A stretch of 63,525 bases of DNA, filler included, from Saprolegnia diclina VS20 (lineage: Eukaryota): the NCBI RefSeq assembly GCF_000281045.1. It is 4 parts of one record of this genome, joined end to end, with 100 filler letters (N's around TTAATTAATTAA, not from the genome) between each part and the next. Parts side by side here need not be neighbours in the genome. Positions count along the whole stretch, not along the records: positions 38,908 to 63,525 come from NW_008246071.1; 3 more parts are not named here. One strand, 5' to 3'. The translations under genes were made by a program, and so were the position numbers. The first letter of the stretch is position 1, and each line of letters starts with the position of its first letter. Under the pieces are notes generated by a model. That model was not told the origin of the DNA and did not search any database. It saw only the letters and a program-made list of their open reading frames with translations. This document shows, in pieces, positions 62,113 to 63,525 of this stretch.

Positions 62113-63525
62113 ATGACGATGCGTACCGAGACGATCCGTGCGCCGGTCGTGCCTAGCAGCAAGCTCCTCGCGTCGCCCGAGGTCCGCGCCCCGCACGACG
62201 ACGACGACGATGCAAACTCGACCGACAAGAACGAGTCGGACGAAGACGAGGCGACCAACCAAGCCTCGGACGCGCCGAGCAACCAGAGCGACAACGACGA
62301 CCGTGCTGCGCCACGCCGCACCACCGCCTACTACACGATCTACTACCCGGCCTGCGCCGAGCGCTCCATGTACCATGGCACGTACCAGAATTTGCCGCTG
62401 ACAACGCGCTTGCCGCCGGCCTCGTACGTGCAAGTCGTGCTCGCCGCATCCTCGGGTGCGCTTTGCGTGGCCACGGACCTTGCAATTACGTTTGTCGACT
62501 GCGCGAACGGCGTGGCGGCGCCGCGCCTCTGCCTCCGCGGCGATTCCCATGATTTATGTGCGGTGTTGCAGGCAACCGACTTTCGGGCTCCGGACGCTGC
62601 GAGCGGCGTCGCAACGGTCGAAATGCACATCTCGACGATCCTTCGCGCCGAGCCCACGCTCAATGCCGCTGCGTCCAAGCTCTGGGTACGAACGGGCGGT
62701 GCGCGCGTCGACATGGAAAATACGGCCAGCCTGTCGCCCCGTCGTCGGCAGAGCCTTGCGTACAACACGAGCGTGACGTACGTCCCTGCCGTCAAGCACA
62801 CGGTGCACGAGATCCCCAGTGGCCTTTGGGTGCCCAAGCGATTGGTGATGCCCACGTCGCCCGTCGCCTCGGTGTCGACATTTGATGATGACGTGTCGAT
62901 CCAGTCGATGCTCGACAACTGCGAAGCCGAGCTCTACGTCGCGCCGTCTTCGAGCCGAACGACGTACTACACGCTGCACTACCCGAGCCGCGCCGAAGCC
63001 TCCATGTGGTCGGGCGCGTGGTCGCACATCCCGTTCTCGCCGCTCTCGACGCACGCGACCCATCAACAAGTCGTCCACGTCTCGACGTCCGAAGGGCATT
63101 TGCGCTACGCAGCTTCCACGTCGAGTGCGATTGCGACGACAGGCAGCGAGACGCGCGTCCTCGCGCTGCAAGGCCATGCGACGGACCTCAACGCTGCCCT
63201 CCGCGACGTCCTCTTCGTAGCGCCGAGCACCGCCGGCGGTGTCGCCACCATCCAAATGGAGATCGCACCGGCTGCATTGACCGCGCCGACGCCCACAGCC
63301 ACGTGTACGCTGCACTATCCGGTCGCGACCTCGAGTAGCATGTGGAACGGCCAGTGGAGCAACCTGCCGATGACCCTGCCCAGCACCAAGGCAGCAACTG
63401 TCTCGGCTACGTTGACGGTCTCGGAAGGCACTTTGAGAAAAGAAGCCGCCGACCACGCGACGACGGTGACGCTTGAAGGCTCGTACGCAGATGTTGCCAC
63501 GCAGCTCCGCGCCGTGGTCTTTTGT
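62113..63525 (+). CDS. Hypothetical protein with three ~100-aa beta-rich internal repeats; runs off the window end
   Basis: Translated by hand: 471 open codons from ATG 62113 with no stop. Repeats start YYTIYYP, YYTLHYP and TCTLHYP. Confidence 0.75.
   Translation, partial: MTMRTETIRAPVVPSSKLLASPEVRAPHDDDDDANSTDKNESDEDEATNQASDAPSNQSDNDDRAAPRRTTAYYTIYYPACAERSMYHGTYQNLPLTTRLPPASYVQVVLAASSGALCVATDLAITFVDCANGVAAPRLCLRGDSHDLCAVLQATDFRAPDAASGVATVEMHISTILRAEPTLNAAASKLWVRTGGARVDMENTASLSPRRRQSLAYNTSVTYVPAVKHTVHEIPSGLWVPKRLVMPTSPVASVSTFDDDVSIQSMLDNCEAELYVAPSSSRTTYYTLHYPSRAEASMWSGAWSHIPFSPLSTHATHQQVVHVSTSEGHLRYAASTSSAIATTGSETRVLALQGHATDLNAALRDVLFVAPSTAGGVATIQMEIAPAALTAPTPTATCTLHYPVATSSSMWNGQWSNLPMTLPSTKAATVSATLTVSEGTLRKEAADHATTVTLEGSYADVATQLRAVVFC

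Overview
Eukaryotic, gene-dense, GC-rich DNA with short (mostly about 40-50 nt) GT-AG introns. Oomycete-type core promoter motifs and an elicitin-like gene point to an oomycete, most plausibly Saprolegniales (inference). Housekeeping genes: NOG2, PH-INPP4 phosphatase, mucolipin-like channel, POLD1, eIF2B-delta, PUS7, BIO2, NSUN2/TRM4 and an RCC1-repeat protein. Accessory loci: (i) four small paralogues with an MDxxxLLNP-type N-terminus, unalignable middles and a Myb/HTH-like C-terminal domain nearly identical at DNA level, two of them forming a 348-bp inverted repeat around a CT microsatellite; (ii) four tandem uncharacterised multi-pass membrane genes, one frameshifted; (iii) two intronless bacterial-type GyrI-like genes with oomycete promoter motifs; (iv) a secreted YGAP-repeat/Cys-rich protein; (v) a two-domain elicitin-like gene; (vi) a RING-coiled-coil-PX protein; (vii) an open-ended ORF with three adhesin-like repeats missing from the ORF track. 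Two inverted duplications share a donor at about 2.5-3.6 kb. There are four assembly gaps, three with an artificial TTAATTAATTAA linker. All calls come from reading motifs by eye; no searches were run, and intron-containing genes are given as start-to-stop spans.
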